A stretch of DNA of 64,000 nucleotides. Origin: Nitrosomonas sp. Its GTDB lineage: Bacteria > Pseudomonadota > Gammaproteobacteria > Burkholderiales > Nitrosomonadaceae. The position numbers and the translations under genes are program-made. How positions within the stretch are numbered: position 1 is the stretch's first letter; each line of letters opens with the position of its first letter. Below the pieces are notes generated by a model. It saw only the letters and a list, made by a program, of their open reading frames with translations, had not been told where the DNA came from and made no database searches. Shown piece after piece: positions 41,334 through 51,169 of the stretch. The stretch covers positions 33,731 to 97,730 of the forward strand of contig JAJFJJ010000049.1 of assembly GCA_021774195.1 (NCBI GenBank), written 5' to 3'.

Positions 41334-41681
41334 ATTTAACGTGCTAGAATTCAAAACCTGTAACAGGTTATTTGAGAGCGAAGTTTGTTTGTAAACATTG
41401 ATCCAAAATGCCTGTTCATTTCAATTGGCCTAATACATTCCTATAAGGCTGAGGCTATGAGACAAGCGTGTTAAAACTAACTAAAACACTGTACGGATTT
41501 AAAATTACAAAACATCAAAACTACGTTATTTAGCCTTAGCTTTGCCGCTCTTATCTATCATCAAGTATAAATATACGTAATTTTTTTGTACTGTGCCCGT
41601 AACTAACTTATCTCATTAATAAAGATCATGATTCCTATTAGGATCCTACATCGAATCAAATAAGTAATGTTACTTATTACC

Positions 41682-42965
41682 TTATTTATTTGGTGAATCA
41701 ATCATTCCAGCTGCAACCGTATTATTAGTGCTTTCATCGATTAGGATAAAGCACCCTGTTGCTCTATTACGAGAGTAATCATCACAGACTAACGGTTTCT
41801 GTACTTTGATTGAGACATGCGCAATATCATTCATATTAAGTGTACTCGTTGCTTCATGTTGCATGGTGTTTACATCAACACGATAGTCAATTTGACCAAC
41901 GACAGCTTTAACCATTCGAGCGGTATGTTTAATTAGATACTTACGATTAGGATCAAGAGGTTGTTCTGATAACCAGCACAACATGGCATTAAATGCTTGG
42001 GTTACTTGGGGCGTATCACCTGTTTTTACAAAAACATCACCGCGTGAAATATCCAAATGATCTTCAATTGTAAGTGTCACTGATTGTGGTGCATAGGCTT
42101 CTTTAACTGTTCCTTCATACATGACGATTTCTTTAATGCGCGATTTTAGCCCGGAAGGTAATAGTGTGATATCGTCACCAACTTGAATTGAGCCGGATTC
42201 AATACGACCCATATATCCACGGAAATCATGTAAGTCCTGGGTTTGTGGGCGACATACCCATTGAATCGGATAACGAAAATCATCAAGGTTTACGTCATGT
42301 TCAATAGAAACGCTTTCTAATAAATCAATTAAGGTGGTACCTTGATACCAATTCAATTGGTCACCGCGTTCGACCACCATATCACCACGTAAAGCAGACA
42401 TAGGAATATACACAATATTTTTAAGATTTAAATCTTCTGCAAAGGCTGCAAAATCTTTACATATATCCTCAAAAACTGATTGTGAATAATCGACCAGATC
42501 CATTTTATTAATGGCGACTACAATATGCGGTATTCCAACTAAGCTGGCCAAAAAAGAGTGACGTTTAGATTGTGTTAGTACACCGTTACGCGCATCGACC
42601 AAAATAATTGCCAGATTAGCGGTAGAAGCACCTGTTACCATATTACGCGTATATTGTTCATGCCCCGGTGTGTCTGCAATAATGAATTTGCGTTTTGGCG
42701 TCGCAAAATAGCGGTATGCAACGTCAATAGTAATACCTTGCTCACGTTCTGCTTGTAATCCATCAGTTAATAAGGATAAGTCGACACCTTCCATACCGCG
42801 TTTACGGGTGGTATTGGTGATGGAGCTTAATTGATCCTCAAAAATTGATTTAGAATCATGTAGTAAACGTCCGATTAACGTGCTCTTGCCATCATCAACG
42901 CTACCGGCAGTAATAAAACGTAATAGTTCTGTTTGATCAAGCGAAATTTTTTCAATTGCCGACAT
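41682..42965 (-). CDS. cysN: Sulfate adenylyltransferase subunit 1 (GTPase), without a fused APS kinase domain
   Basis: GSVDDGKSTLIGRLL G1 motif and DTPGHEQY; 427 aa. Confidence 0.94.
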   Translation of the reverse strand: MSAIEKISLDQTELLRFITAGSVDDGKSTLIGRLLHDSKSIFEDQLSSITNTTRKRGMEGVDLSLLTDGLQAEREQGITIDVAYRYFATPKRKFIIADTPGHEQYTRNMVTGASTANLAIILVDARNGVLTQSKRHSFLASLVGIPHIVVAINKMDLVDYSQSVFEDICKDFAAFAEDLNLKNIVYIPMSALRGDMVVERGDQLNWYQGTTLIDLLESVSIEHDVNLDDFRYPIQWVCRPQTQDLHDFRGYMGRIESGSIQVGDDITLLPSGLKSRIKEIVMYEGTVKEAYAPQSVTLTIEDHLDISRGDVFVKTGDTPQVTQAFNAMLCWLSEQPLDPNRKYLIKHTARMVKAVVGQIDYRVDVNTMQHEATSTLNMNDIAHVSIKVQKPLVCDDYSRNRATGCFILIDESTNNTVAAGMIDSPNK

Positions 42966-43082
42966 ATGGAAACCTTTTGAAAATTCATATCACCGCAAAA
43001 ATGTAAATAACTCAGTATTAATAGATTTTATAAACTGTCTGAGTGCGGTGTTTTGTCAGACAGTTGAATCTGGGCAACTAAT

Positions 43083-44000
43083 TTAAAAATAGCCCTCTTT
43101 CTTGCGCAGCTCCATGGAAGCATCGGAAGTTTGATCATCCATACGTGTTGCGCCCCGCTCTGTAATTCGAGTCATCGCTGTTTCTGTAATAATATCGATA
43201 ATATTGGCAGCGTCAGATTCTACTGGGCAAGTGCAGCTCATATCACCAACCGTTCTGAACCTTACAACGATATTTTCGACTTGCTCGTTATCTTGTGGTT
43301 GCACTAAATGAGATACTGGCAATAGCCCCGAATCTCGCCGTATTACTTCACGAGTATGCGCAAAATAAATATTTGGAACCTCTAGATTTTCACGTGCGAT
43401 ATATTCCCATACATCCAATTCAGTCCAGTTACTGATCGGGAACACACGGATATTTTCTCCTGGATGAGTACGTGTATTGTAAATATCCCATAGTTCAGGA
43501 CGCTGATTTTTTGGATCCCATTGTCCAAATTCATCACGGAAAGAAAAAATGCGCTCTTTAGCACGTGCTTTCTCTTCGTCTCGACGCGCGCCACCAATAC
43601 AGGCATCAAATTCAAATTCGGCAATTGCATCCAACAATGTGACCGATTGGAATGGATTGCGGCTTTGATCTTCGGAGCGAAGTACAACTCGGCCTTTTTT
43701 TATGGAGTCTTCCATGCTACGTACAATTAGCCGTTCTCCTAATTCTTTTGCCCGACGATCACGAAACTCAATAACTTCAGGGAAATTATGTTCAGTATCA
43801 ATATGCATTAATGGGAAGGGGAAACGTCCTGGACGAAATGCTTTTTCAGCCAGGCGCAGCATGACAATTGAATCCTTGCCCCCAGAAAATAATAATACCG
43901 GATTGGCGCATTCAGCTGCAACTTCGCGCATTATATGTACGGCTTCACTTTCCAATGCATCTAGATGGGTAAAAGTATGACTGCTCATTTTTTCTCTCAA
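43083..44000 (-). CDS. cysD: Sulfate adenylyltransferase subunit 2
   Basis: PP-loop SGGKDS and a C-terminal ELRKKEGYF. An alternative start is the ATG at 43988. Confidence 0.95.
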   Translation of the reverse strand: MREKMSSHTFTHLDALESEAVHIMREVAAECANPVLLFSGGKDSIVMLRLAEKAFRPGRFPFPLMHIDTEHNFPEVIEFRDRRAKELGERLIVRSMEDSIKKGRVVLRSEDQSRNPFQSVTLLDAIAEFEFDACIGGARRDEEKARAKERIFSFRDEFGQWDPKNQRPELWDIYNTRTHPGENIRVFPISNWTELDVWEYIARENLEVPNIYFAHTREVIRRDSGLLPVSHLVQPQDNEQVENIVVRFRTVGDMSCTCPVESDAANIIDIITETAMTRITERGATRMDDQTSDASMELRKKEGYF

Positions 44001-44045
44001 CTCACAAAAATATTAGAAAACTCTATTCGAGTACTCGCAATAATA

Positions 44046-44744
44046 TCATTTTAAAGGAATTACATTGCCTGTATGTAAACCGCATTCTTTTGTTTCTGGT
44101 TTTTCCCACCACCAACGCCCGGATCGAATATCTTCACCTGGTGTAACCGAACGAGTACACGGCACGCAGCCAATACTGGGGTAAAAACGATCATGCAGTT
44201 TATTATAGGGTACATCATATTGCTTAATATACTCCCAAACTTCTTTATTTGACCATTCAAGTAAAGGGTTAATCTTTTGCATACGGTTACTTATATCATA
44301 AGCTGATACTTTTAAGCTAATTCGTGTGGATGCTTGTTCATGTCTGATACCGGTTACCCAGGCACGTTTGCCAAATAATGCGCGGCGTAAAGGTTCCACC
44401 TTACGAATATGACAACACTTTTTACGTAATTCAACGCTGTCATAGAAACCATTTACGCCATTTTCCGAAATGAATTCTTCTATTTGTTTGACATTAGGAA
44501 AATAAATACGCAAAGGTTGACTAAAATGGTTACGTACGGTCTGCATTAAATCATAGGTTTCTTGTGGTAACCGCCCAGTATCTAAACTAAACATATCAAT
44601 ATCAAGTTTATATCGATTAATCAAGTCTGTCAGTACCATGTCTTCCGCACCCAAACTATTGGCAAAAGTGACAGGTGCAAAATCATGGATCGTTTCTGTA
44701 AGAACACTAATAACTTGCTCAATTTTTTGTTGCAATTCACTCAT
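44046..44744 (-). CDS. cysH: Phosphoadenosine/adenosine phosphosulfate reductase, Fe-S (APS reductase) type
   Basis: The CC pair (KKCCHIRK) and CVPC give the four-Cys pattern of [4Fe-4S] APS reductases. Catalytic ECGLH is near the C-terminus. Confidence 0.9.
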   Translation of the reverse strand: MSELQQKIEQVISVLTETIHDFAPVTFANSLGAEDMVLTDLINRYKLDIDMFSLDTGRLPQETYDLMQTVRNHFSQPLRIYFPNVKQIEEFISENGVNGFYDSVELRKKCCHIRKVEPLRRALFGKRAWVTGIRHEQASTRISLKVSAYDISNRMQKINPLLEWSNKEVWEYIKQYDVPYNKLHDRFYPSIGCVPCTRSVTPGEDIRSGRWWWEKPETKECGLHTGNVIPLK

Positions 44745-45273
44745 TGATTAAACCTACGGCAGAATTCCCCTTACGCTTTACTCGATTAAATAATGGTGTT
44801 GGTTGATCAAAAGAGGTCTGATAGACTTCTGAGAAATCGGAGAACCCTTTTAAAGCGTCTTCAATATTACGATCAGGGCGTGGTGAAAAGGCATCAAAAC
44901 CAACGCGATACATATAAAATAATTGATCACGTAAAACGTCACCGATTGCTCTTAGCTCACCGGTGTAACCCAAGCGGGAACGTAAGTTATACGCGATTGA
45001 ATAGCCTCGGCCATCTGCAAATTTTGGAAAATCAATAGCGATTACGGCAAATTTTTGCAAATCATCTTTTAGCGCTTCAGGGCGTTCATCACTGGCAAGC
45101 CATACACCGATATTCTCACGTTGTTGCAAGGTGTCTCTTTGTGTCTGCCAAACTTCAAGTGGAACAATTATCTTACCTGCTGCTACCGTAACATTGTCTG
45201 TTGTTTCTTGATTGTCCAGGCGTAGGACCTGCCAATCATCTTCAATTATAGTTTTATTCTTGATTATTTTCAT
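44737..45273 (-). CDS. DUF934-family protein associated with sulfite reductase
   Basis: 178 aa, immediately downstream of cysI and overlapping cysH. The IAIDFPKFADGRGYS segment is typical of DUF934. Confidence 0.8.
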   Translation of the reverse strand: MKIIKNKTIIEDDWQVLRLDNQETTDNVTVAAGKIIVPLEVWQTQRDTLQQRENIGVWLASDERPEALKDDLQKFAVIAIDFPKFADGRGYSIAYNLRSRLGYTGELRAIGDVLRDQLFYMYRVGFDAFSPRPDRNIEDALKGFSDFSEVYQTSFDQPTPLFNRVKRKGNSAVGLINE

Positions 45274-45275
45274 GA

Positions 45276-47018
45276 TTAGAATCTCGGCGAATAAAAAGGT
45301 ATTGTATATTGCGCAGGAGCCACTTCTTTTTTGCTCAAGGTCTCTTCTGGTTCTACCTCAAAATCTGTGGCGTAAACATGTTCCTTGAACGGCTTAAGGC
45401 CAATTCGTCTTACAGTATCAATAAACCGTTCTGCTTCGATCCGTTCACGCAGATAAACTTGCAACAATCGGTCAATGGCTTCCGGTACTTGATGAAATTT
45501 GAATGAAGGCCCGATGATTTTACCGATTGAGCTGTCATTTCCCTCAGATCCGCCGATTGAAACTTGATACCACTCGTCGTGGTTCTTTTTCTCCACGCCT
45601 GTTATACCAATATTACCAATATGATTTTGTCCACAGGCATTCATGCAACCGGAAATATTCAGCGCGATCTCGCCGATATCATGTTGAAAATCTAGGTTGT
45701 CAAAGCGCTCTGAAATCAATTGCGCCAGTGGAATGGAACGTGCATTTGCTAACGTACAGAATTCTGCACCTGGGCAACTGATCATATCCGTTAATAAACC
45801 AATATTAGGTGTTGCTAAATCATAAGTATTAGCTTCCTGCCATAAACTGATTAAATCCGACTGTTTAACATCAGCTAAAACTAAATTTTGTTTGTGCGTG
45901 ATCCGGCATTCTCCAAAGCTATAACGGTCTGCCAAATCTGCAACTTTATCCATTTGTTCAGCTGTCGCATCTCCTGGTGCAACATCTTGTTTCTTTAATG
46001 ACAAGACAACAATAGCATATCCAGGTACACGATGCGGTTTTACATTACGCTGCATCCAATTAGAGAAAGATCTGTTATCAGCTTTGAATTCGTTTAAGGT
46101 TGAATTCGTGTCTGGTAGTGATTCGTAGTTGGGGTCCGTAAAGAAGCTGGCAACCCGATCGAGTTCTTCCTGCGTTAAAGTCGCCGGACCATCTTTTGAT
46201 GCTGCCCAATCTTCTTCAACCTGACGACGGAATTCATCAATTCCTAAAGCTTTCACTAAAATTTTGATACGTGCTTTGTATTTATTGTCACGGCGTCCAT
46301 ATTGATTGTAGATGCGTAGAATAGACTCTACATAAGTTAGTGCATGTTGCCAGGGCACAAATTCGCAGATCTCATTGCCAATAATGGGCGTTCGTCCTAA
46401 ACCACCGCCGACAAAAACCCGAAAGCCGATTTCACCTTGTGCGTTTTTAATGACGGATAATCCAATGTCATGTGCCAGAATTGCAGCACGATCTTCCCTG
46501 CCACCACTAATGGCAATCTTAAATTTACGGGGTAAAAACGCAAATTCTGGATGGAAGGTACTCCATTGACGCAAAATCTCGGCATAAGGTCTTGGATCGA
46601 CAACTTCATCTTGTGCCACCCCGGCGTATTCATCTGATGTGATATTACGAATACAATTGCCTGAGGTTTGAATTGCGTGCATTTCCACGGAGGCCAGATC
46701 TGCTAAGATGTCTGGCGTGTCTTCTAGCTTCAACCAATTAAATTGGATATTTTGGCGTGTTGTGAGATGGCCATAACCGCGATCATATTTGCGTGCGATA
46801 TGCGAGAATATACGCATTTGTTTAGATGAAACTAGGCCATACGGTACGGCGATTCGTAACATATACGCATGTACCTGCATGTATAATCCATTTTGCAGAC
46901 GCAGCGGAAGAAACTCATTTTCAGTTAATTCATTGGCCAAACGCCGCCGTACTTGGTCACGGTATTGTTTGACACGTTCATCAACAATTTGTTGATCATA
47001 TTCATCGTAACGATACAT
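45276..47018 (-). CDS. cysI: Sulfite reductase hemoprotein (nitrite/sulfite reductase family, sirohaem/[4Fe-4S])
   Basis: CPGAEFCTLA and SGCMNACGQNHIG cluster motifs; 580 aa; lies in the cys cluster. Confidence 0.92.
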   Translation of the reverse strand: MYRYDEYDQQIVDERVKQYRDQVRRRLANELTENEFLPLRLQNGLYMQVHAYMLRIAVPYGLVSSKQMRIFSHIARKYDRGYGHLTTRQNIQFNWLKLEDTPDILADLASVEMHAIQTSGNCIRNITSDEYAGVAQDEVVDPRPYAEILRQWSTFHPEFAFLPRKFKIAISGGREDRAAILAHDIGLSVIKNAQGEIGFRVFVGGGLGRTPIIGNEICEFVPWQHALTYVESILRIYNQYGRRDNKYKARIKILVKALGIDEFRRQVEEDWAASKDGPATLTQEELDRVASFFTDPNYESLPDTNSTLNEFKADNRSFSNWMQRNVKPHRVPGYAIVVLSLKKQDVAPGDATAEQMDKVADLADRYSFGECRITHKQNLVLADVKQSDLISLWQEANTYDLATPNIGLLTDMISCPGAEFCTLANARSIPLAQLISERFDNLDFQHDIGEIALNISGCMNACGQNHIGNIGITGVEKKNHDEWYQVSIGGSEGNDSSIGKIIGPSFKFHQVPEAIDRLLQVYLRERIEAERFIDTVRRIGLKPFKEHVYATDFEVEPEETLSKKEVAPAQYTIPFYSPRF

Positions 47019-47057
47019 ATAAATTCCTGTTAACTCGTGGCCTTATTTATTTAAGGT

Positions 47058-47282
47058 TTAGTCTTGATATTTTTTGGAGACGGGTAATAATAATGCTGCA
47101 TCCAGAGGAAATTTAGCACCGAATTTCATGATGTGATCTACATCATCATCTTCATCATGCCGTATTGCCATGCCGATATAGGCATAGTCACCTTTTTCAC
47201 CGACTACAATACCAATACGGCCACCACATCCATTAAACCATGTGACTTGTTTTGGTTTATTTTCTATATTTGTACTCATCAA
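47058..47282 (-). CDS. Small hypothetical protein (74 aa) between cysI and tauE
   Basis: ORF only. Same strand as its neighbours, no recognisable motif, weak Shine-Dalgarno. Confidence 0.4.
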   Translation of the reverse strand: MMSTNIENKPKQVTWFNGCGGRIGIVVGEKGDYAYIGMAIRHDEDDDVDHIMKFGAKFPLDAALLLPVSKKYQD

Positions 47283-47353
47283 TCAGTTCCATATTTCATT
47301 AGTGGAAAATTACCCAGTAAATTTTCCTTTTTAATTTTCTCTATTTTAACTGG

Positions 47354-48133
47354 CTATAACATTAATTTAAAACCAATCACTATAAGAATGGTTGCTAAAA
47401 TAGGTCGTAATATTCGGTCTGGAATATGTCCGCCGACATGACTACCTAAATAGATGCCTGGCAAGGAGCCTAGCAATAAACTGCCAAGTAGTACATAATC
47501 GACCGTGCCCATATAAGCATGGCCGAGACCAGCTATTAAAGTCAGCGGTACAGCATGGGCTATATCACTGCCCACCAGTGTAACTGCGGGGAGGCGGGGA
47601 TAAAGCATGAATAGAACCACCATTCCCAAAGCACCTGCACCGACAGAGGTAATTGTTACCAATGTTCCTAAAATTGCGCCAGTTATTATCGTTGCCGACA
47701 AAATATGACGATCCCGCCATTCTACCAAAAACCCAAAATGTGACCGACCCATTCGTGTTAATTGTTGGCGAAATAATAGCGCCATAGCAGTCAACATTAA
47801 GGCGATGCCAAGGGTAGTGGTAATTATCCCTGAAAATAGTTCATTATCAACACCCAATGTATTTAGTACCAGAATGGTGATTAATGCCGCTGGTACACTA
47901 CCCATTGCTAGGTGTCCGACTAGTTGCCAATGGACGGTGCCTCGGCGGCCATGAACCCATGCGCCACCTGCTTTTGTTATTGCCGCATAGAGCAGATCCG
48001 TTCCGACGGCTGTTGCTGGCGGTATATTAAAAAACATAATTAACAATGGTGTCATCAGTGAACCACCGCCAACGCCGGTGACGCCAACGATAAATCCGAT
48101 CACCAAACCAGATAGGGTATATCCCCATTCCAT
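47354..48133 (-). CDS. Sulfite exporter TauE/SafE-family membrane protein
   Basis: 259 aa with multiple glycine-rich TM helices in two internally repeated halves. Confidence 0.85.
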   Translation of the reverse strand: MEWGYTLSGLVIGFIVGVTGVGGGSLMTPLLIMFFNIPPATAVGTDLLYAAITKAGGAWVHGRRGTVHWQLVGHLAMGSVPAALITILVLNTLGVDNELFSGIITTTLGIALMLTAMALLFRQQLTRMGRSHFGFLVEWRDRHILSATIITGAILGTLVTITSVGAGALGMVVLFMLYPRLPAVTLVGSDIAHAVPLTLIAGLGHAYMGTVDYVLLGSLLLGSLPGIYLGSHVGGHIPDRILRPILATILIVIGFKLML

Positions 48134-48248
48134 TAGTTTTCCTATTTCACCTTATTTTCTGAAGGCCGCATGATACCAATACATTCATATAATCCAAAAT
48201 AATATTGTGTTAGATTTATATAACTAAATATTATTAGAGGGTGAGGTT

Positions 48249-49178
48249 ATGAAATTACAACAACTTCGTTACTTATGTGAAACAGATGCACAAAATTTAA
48301 ATTTATCTAAAGCCGCAAAGAATTTGCATACCTCACAGCCAGCTATCAGCAAACAAATTCAATTGCTTGAAGAGGAGTTGGGGGTAGATATTTTGGTAAG
48401 AAATGGCAAACGAATTGTCCAGGTAACGCCTCCCGGAAAGATGATTATTAAAATTGCCAACAGAATGTTACGTGATGCAGAAAATTTGACAAAAATTGCA
48501 CAGGAGTTCACGAACGAGGCCAGCGGGACATTGATCATTGCGACGACACATACCCAAGCAAGATATGTGTTACCACCGGTTATTAAACAATTCACATTAC
48601 GTTATCCAAAAGTTAAGCTCATTTTACGTCAAGGTAGCCCAACCCAAATTTCCACGTTGGTGACATCAGGTGAAGCTGATATCGCGATTGCCACGGAGGC
48701 GATTGAACAATTTCATGAATTGGTGATGCTACCTTGTTATCAATGGAATCGATGTGTGGTTGTTCCGCCCAAACATCCCCTGCTCAAATTAGAAAAACTC
48801 ACACTTGAAGCTATCAGTCGTTACCCAATTATTACTTATGATTTTGCTTTTACTGGCCGATCAAAAATAAATCAAGCATTTGAAAAAATAGGATTAACCC
48901 CTAATGTGGTATTAACAGCAATTGATTCTGATGTCATTAAAACTTATGTGGAACTTGAATTAGGTATTGGCATATTGGCAAAAATGGCTTTTGATGCCAA
49001 ACGTGACAAACACCTCAAATCTATTGATGCGAGTCATTTGTTTGAACCCAGTACAACACGCATAGGGATTAGCAGGAACAGTTTTTTGAGGGAATATGTT
49101 TTTGATTTTATAACGATGTTTGCACCACACCTTAATCACTCAAGCATTAAAGAAACGCTCGAGAAGAATCAGGAATAA
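48249..49178 (+). CDS. cysB: LysR-family regulator of sulfur assimilation, CysB/Cbl-like
   Basis: MKLQQLRYL..., TSQPAISKQIQLLEEELG and IATTHTQARYVLPPVIK closely follow E. coli CysB. Divergent from the cys cluster. Confidence 0.9.
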   Translation: MKLQQLRYLCETDAQNLNLSKAAKNLHTSQPAISKQIQLLEEELGVDILVRNGKRIVQVTPPGKMIIKIANRMLRDAENLTKIAQEFTNEASGTLIIATTHTQARYVLPPVIKQFTLRYPKVKLILRQGSPTQISTLVTSGEADIAIATEAIEQFHELVMLPCYQWNRCVVVPPKHPLLKLEKLTLEAISRYPIITYDFAFTGRSKINQAFEKIGLTPNVVLTAIDSDVIKTYVELELGIGILAKMAFDAKRDKHLKSIDASHLFEPSTTRIGISRNSFLREYVFDFITMFAPHLNHSSIKETLEKNQE

Positions 49179-49283
49179 TCTATCGCAACATCCCATAATC
49201 AAATTCCCCCAAATTTGAAAGAAGTGGCGGTATGATATGTGAATAGCAAATAGTTATGTCATCAGACTGATGGAAAACAGAAA

Positions 49284-49859
49284 ATGAAAATCAAAATCCT
49301 CTTTAGTTTATTTTTGTCTATTCTCGTATTGGGTATGATTGCGATCAGTGCCGGTGCTTATAATATGGCGGCTACGGAAAAGCACTGGGTGATTACTGAA
49401 AAAGTTATTGAGTGGGTTCGTGTTAGTTCAATTGCAGCACGTGCAGGTGATCTCGAAGTGCCAGCACTGGATGATCCAAGTGTCCTTATAATAGGCGCTG
49501 AACATTATGATGCAATGTGCACGGATTGCCACTTGTCCCCTGATCAGCAACCAACCGAATTAGCCTTGGGCCTTTACCCACAAGCCCCTGTATTTCATCA
49601 ACGTGATCTATTGGTTGGTGAGGATAAAAAAAATGAACAGTTAAAAGAATATTTTTGGGTAATAAAAAATGGTTTGAAGATGACAGCTATGCCGGCTTGG
49701 GGATTGACTCATGATGATGATACGGTTTGGGCGATGGCGGTCTTTGTTCAGAAACTTAGCGGTATGACAGAAGAGCAGTACATAGCATTGACAAGGATAG
49801 ATACTAATAATGGTCATCATCATGATCATGGCCATAATCAAGGGCACGGGCATGATTAG
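49284..49859 (+). CDS. Membrane-anchored mono-haem c-type cytochrome with His-rich C-terminal tail
   Basis: N-terminal TM/signal segment, a single CTDCH haem motif, a distal MPAW, and the tail GHHHDHGHNQGHGHD. Confidence 0.8.
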   Translation: MKIKILFSLFLSILVLGMIAISAGAYNMAATEKHWVITEKVIEWVRVSSIAARAGDLEVPALDDPSVLIIGAEHYDAMCTDCHLSPDQQPTELALGLYPQAPVFHQRDLLVGEDKKNEQLKEYFWVIKNGLKMTAMPAWGLTHDDDTVWAMAVFVQKLSGMTEEQYIALTRIDTNNGHHHDHGHNQGHGHD

Positions 49860-49921
49860 ATCGTTTAATACTTTTGTTTTAAGAAACCGGGAAATCAATT
49901 TAAATCATTGCGGCGTTAAAT

Positions 49922-50350
49922 TTGAAATACTCGAATATTTCATCTGACCTTATTGCAAATTATCTCGCTACCAATTATCAAGTCGGTACCGGTGCAGAAA
50001 TGTTTATCTTGCATATCAATCAATATTCTGTCGCTTTATCACGATTATTATCTGCATATCAAAAAAACTGTGCAGCCATCATTACCGCATACAATCCGCT
50101 AAGTAAACCACAAAGCAATGAAAAAAATCAGATTGATCATGCAAAGCTTGGGCAAGTATTAGAACACTACTCATGCCCAGTGATTGAAAGCTTAAATAAA
50201 GACCCATCAGATATTTGGCCAATAGAGAAAAGTTTTTGTGTACTGGGGCTAAATTTGCAAGTTTCAAAATCTCTCGGTCAGAAATTTAACCAGAATGCTA
50301 TAGTATGGGCCGATAGCAGCGCGGTACTTCGATTAATCTTATTGCGCTAG
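49922..50350 (+). CDS. Conserved hypothetical protein (possibly DUF3293-like)
   Basis: 142-aa ORF with a TTG start. The family assignment is from memory only. Confidence 0.5.
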   Translation: MKYSNISSDLIANYLATNYQVGTGAEMFILHINQYSVALSRLLSAYQKNCAAIITAYNPLSKPQSNEKNQIDHAKLGQVLEHYSCPVIESLNKDPSDIWPIEKSFCVLGLNLQVSKSLGQKFNQNAIVWADSSAVLRLILLR

Positions 50351-50405
50351 ATCATAGCCAATCAATTTTGGCATTTTATACTGACCAGTATTAATCAGCA
50401 ACGCT

Positions 50406-51155
50406 TTGCATTTCAATATGAAATCTCTTTCTCTACTTGATAATGTGTCTATTATCCTGAGTCATACCAGTCACCCTGGTAATATCGGGGCGACTGCCCG
50501 GGCAATGAAAACGATGGGGTTGATGTCTTTGCACTTGGTCAATCCGAAATCATTCCCAGATAAAGCCGCCGATATTCGCGCGGTTGGAGCACGAGATATT
50601 TTGAATCAAGTTCAGGTGCACGCTAATATTGACGATGCGCTGGATGGCACCATCATGGCTGCGGCGGTTACTGCACGGTCTCGTGGGCTTGCGCATGAGG
50701 TTTATGATGCACGTCGAGGCGCACAAGAATTGCTGCGCTATGCACAACAGAGTCCGGTTGCATTGGTTTTTGGCGCGGAAACTTCCGGGTTGACTACGGC
50801 TGAAGTGAGTAAATGTCAGATGACCATTAATATTCCAACAAACCCAGATTACTCCTCATTAAATTTAGCCAGTGCGGTACAAGTAATGGCTTATGAGTTG
50901 CGCATGGCAGTGCCGGACATAACACAGCAAGAGCAACAATTTCGAACACCTGCAGAATTTAAAGATATTGAACTTTTTTACGAGCACTTGGAGCGGGTCA
51001 TGGTCGGTAGTGAGTTTCTAAATCCCGCAGAACCAAAGCGACTCATGCAACGAATGCGGCGATTATTTTCTCGCTCCCGTTTGGAAAGAGAAGAGGTTAA
51101 TATTTTACGTGGCATTTTAGCTGCCGTTGAAAAGCGTTGGCAAACAAAACAGTAA
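50406..51155 (+). CDS. trmJ: tRNA (cytidine/uridine-2'-O)-methyltransferase TrmJ (SpoU family)
   Basis: The N-terminus, FGAETSGL and LNLASAVQV are SPOUT motifs, and there is a C-terminal extension. The likely start is the ATG at 50418. Confidence 0.88.
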   Translation: MHFNMKSLSLLDNVSIILSHTSHPGNIGATARAMKTMGLMSLHLVNPKSFPDKAADIRAVGARDILNQVQVHANIDDALDGTIMAAAVTARSRGLAHEVYDARRGAQELLRYAQQSPVALVFGAETSGLTTAEVSKCQMTINIPTNPDYSSLNLASAVQVMAYELRMAVPDITQQEQQFRTPAEFKDIELFYEHLERVMVGSEFLNPAEPKRLMQRMRRLFSRSRLEREEVNILRGILAAVEKRWQTKQ

Positions 51156-51169
51156 TAGTAATGACTATT

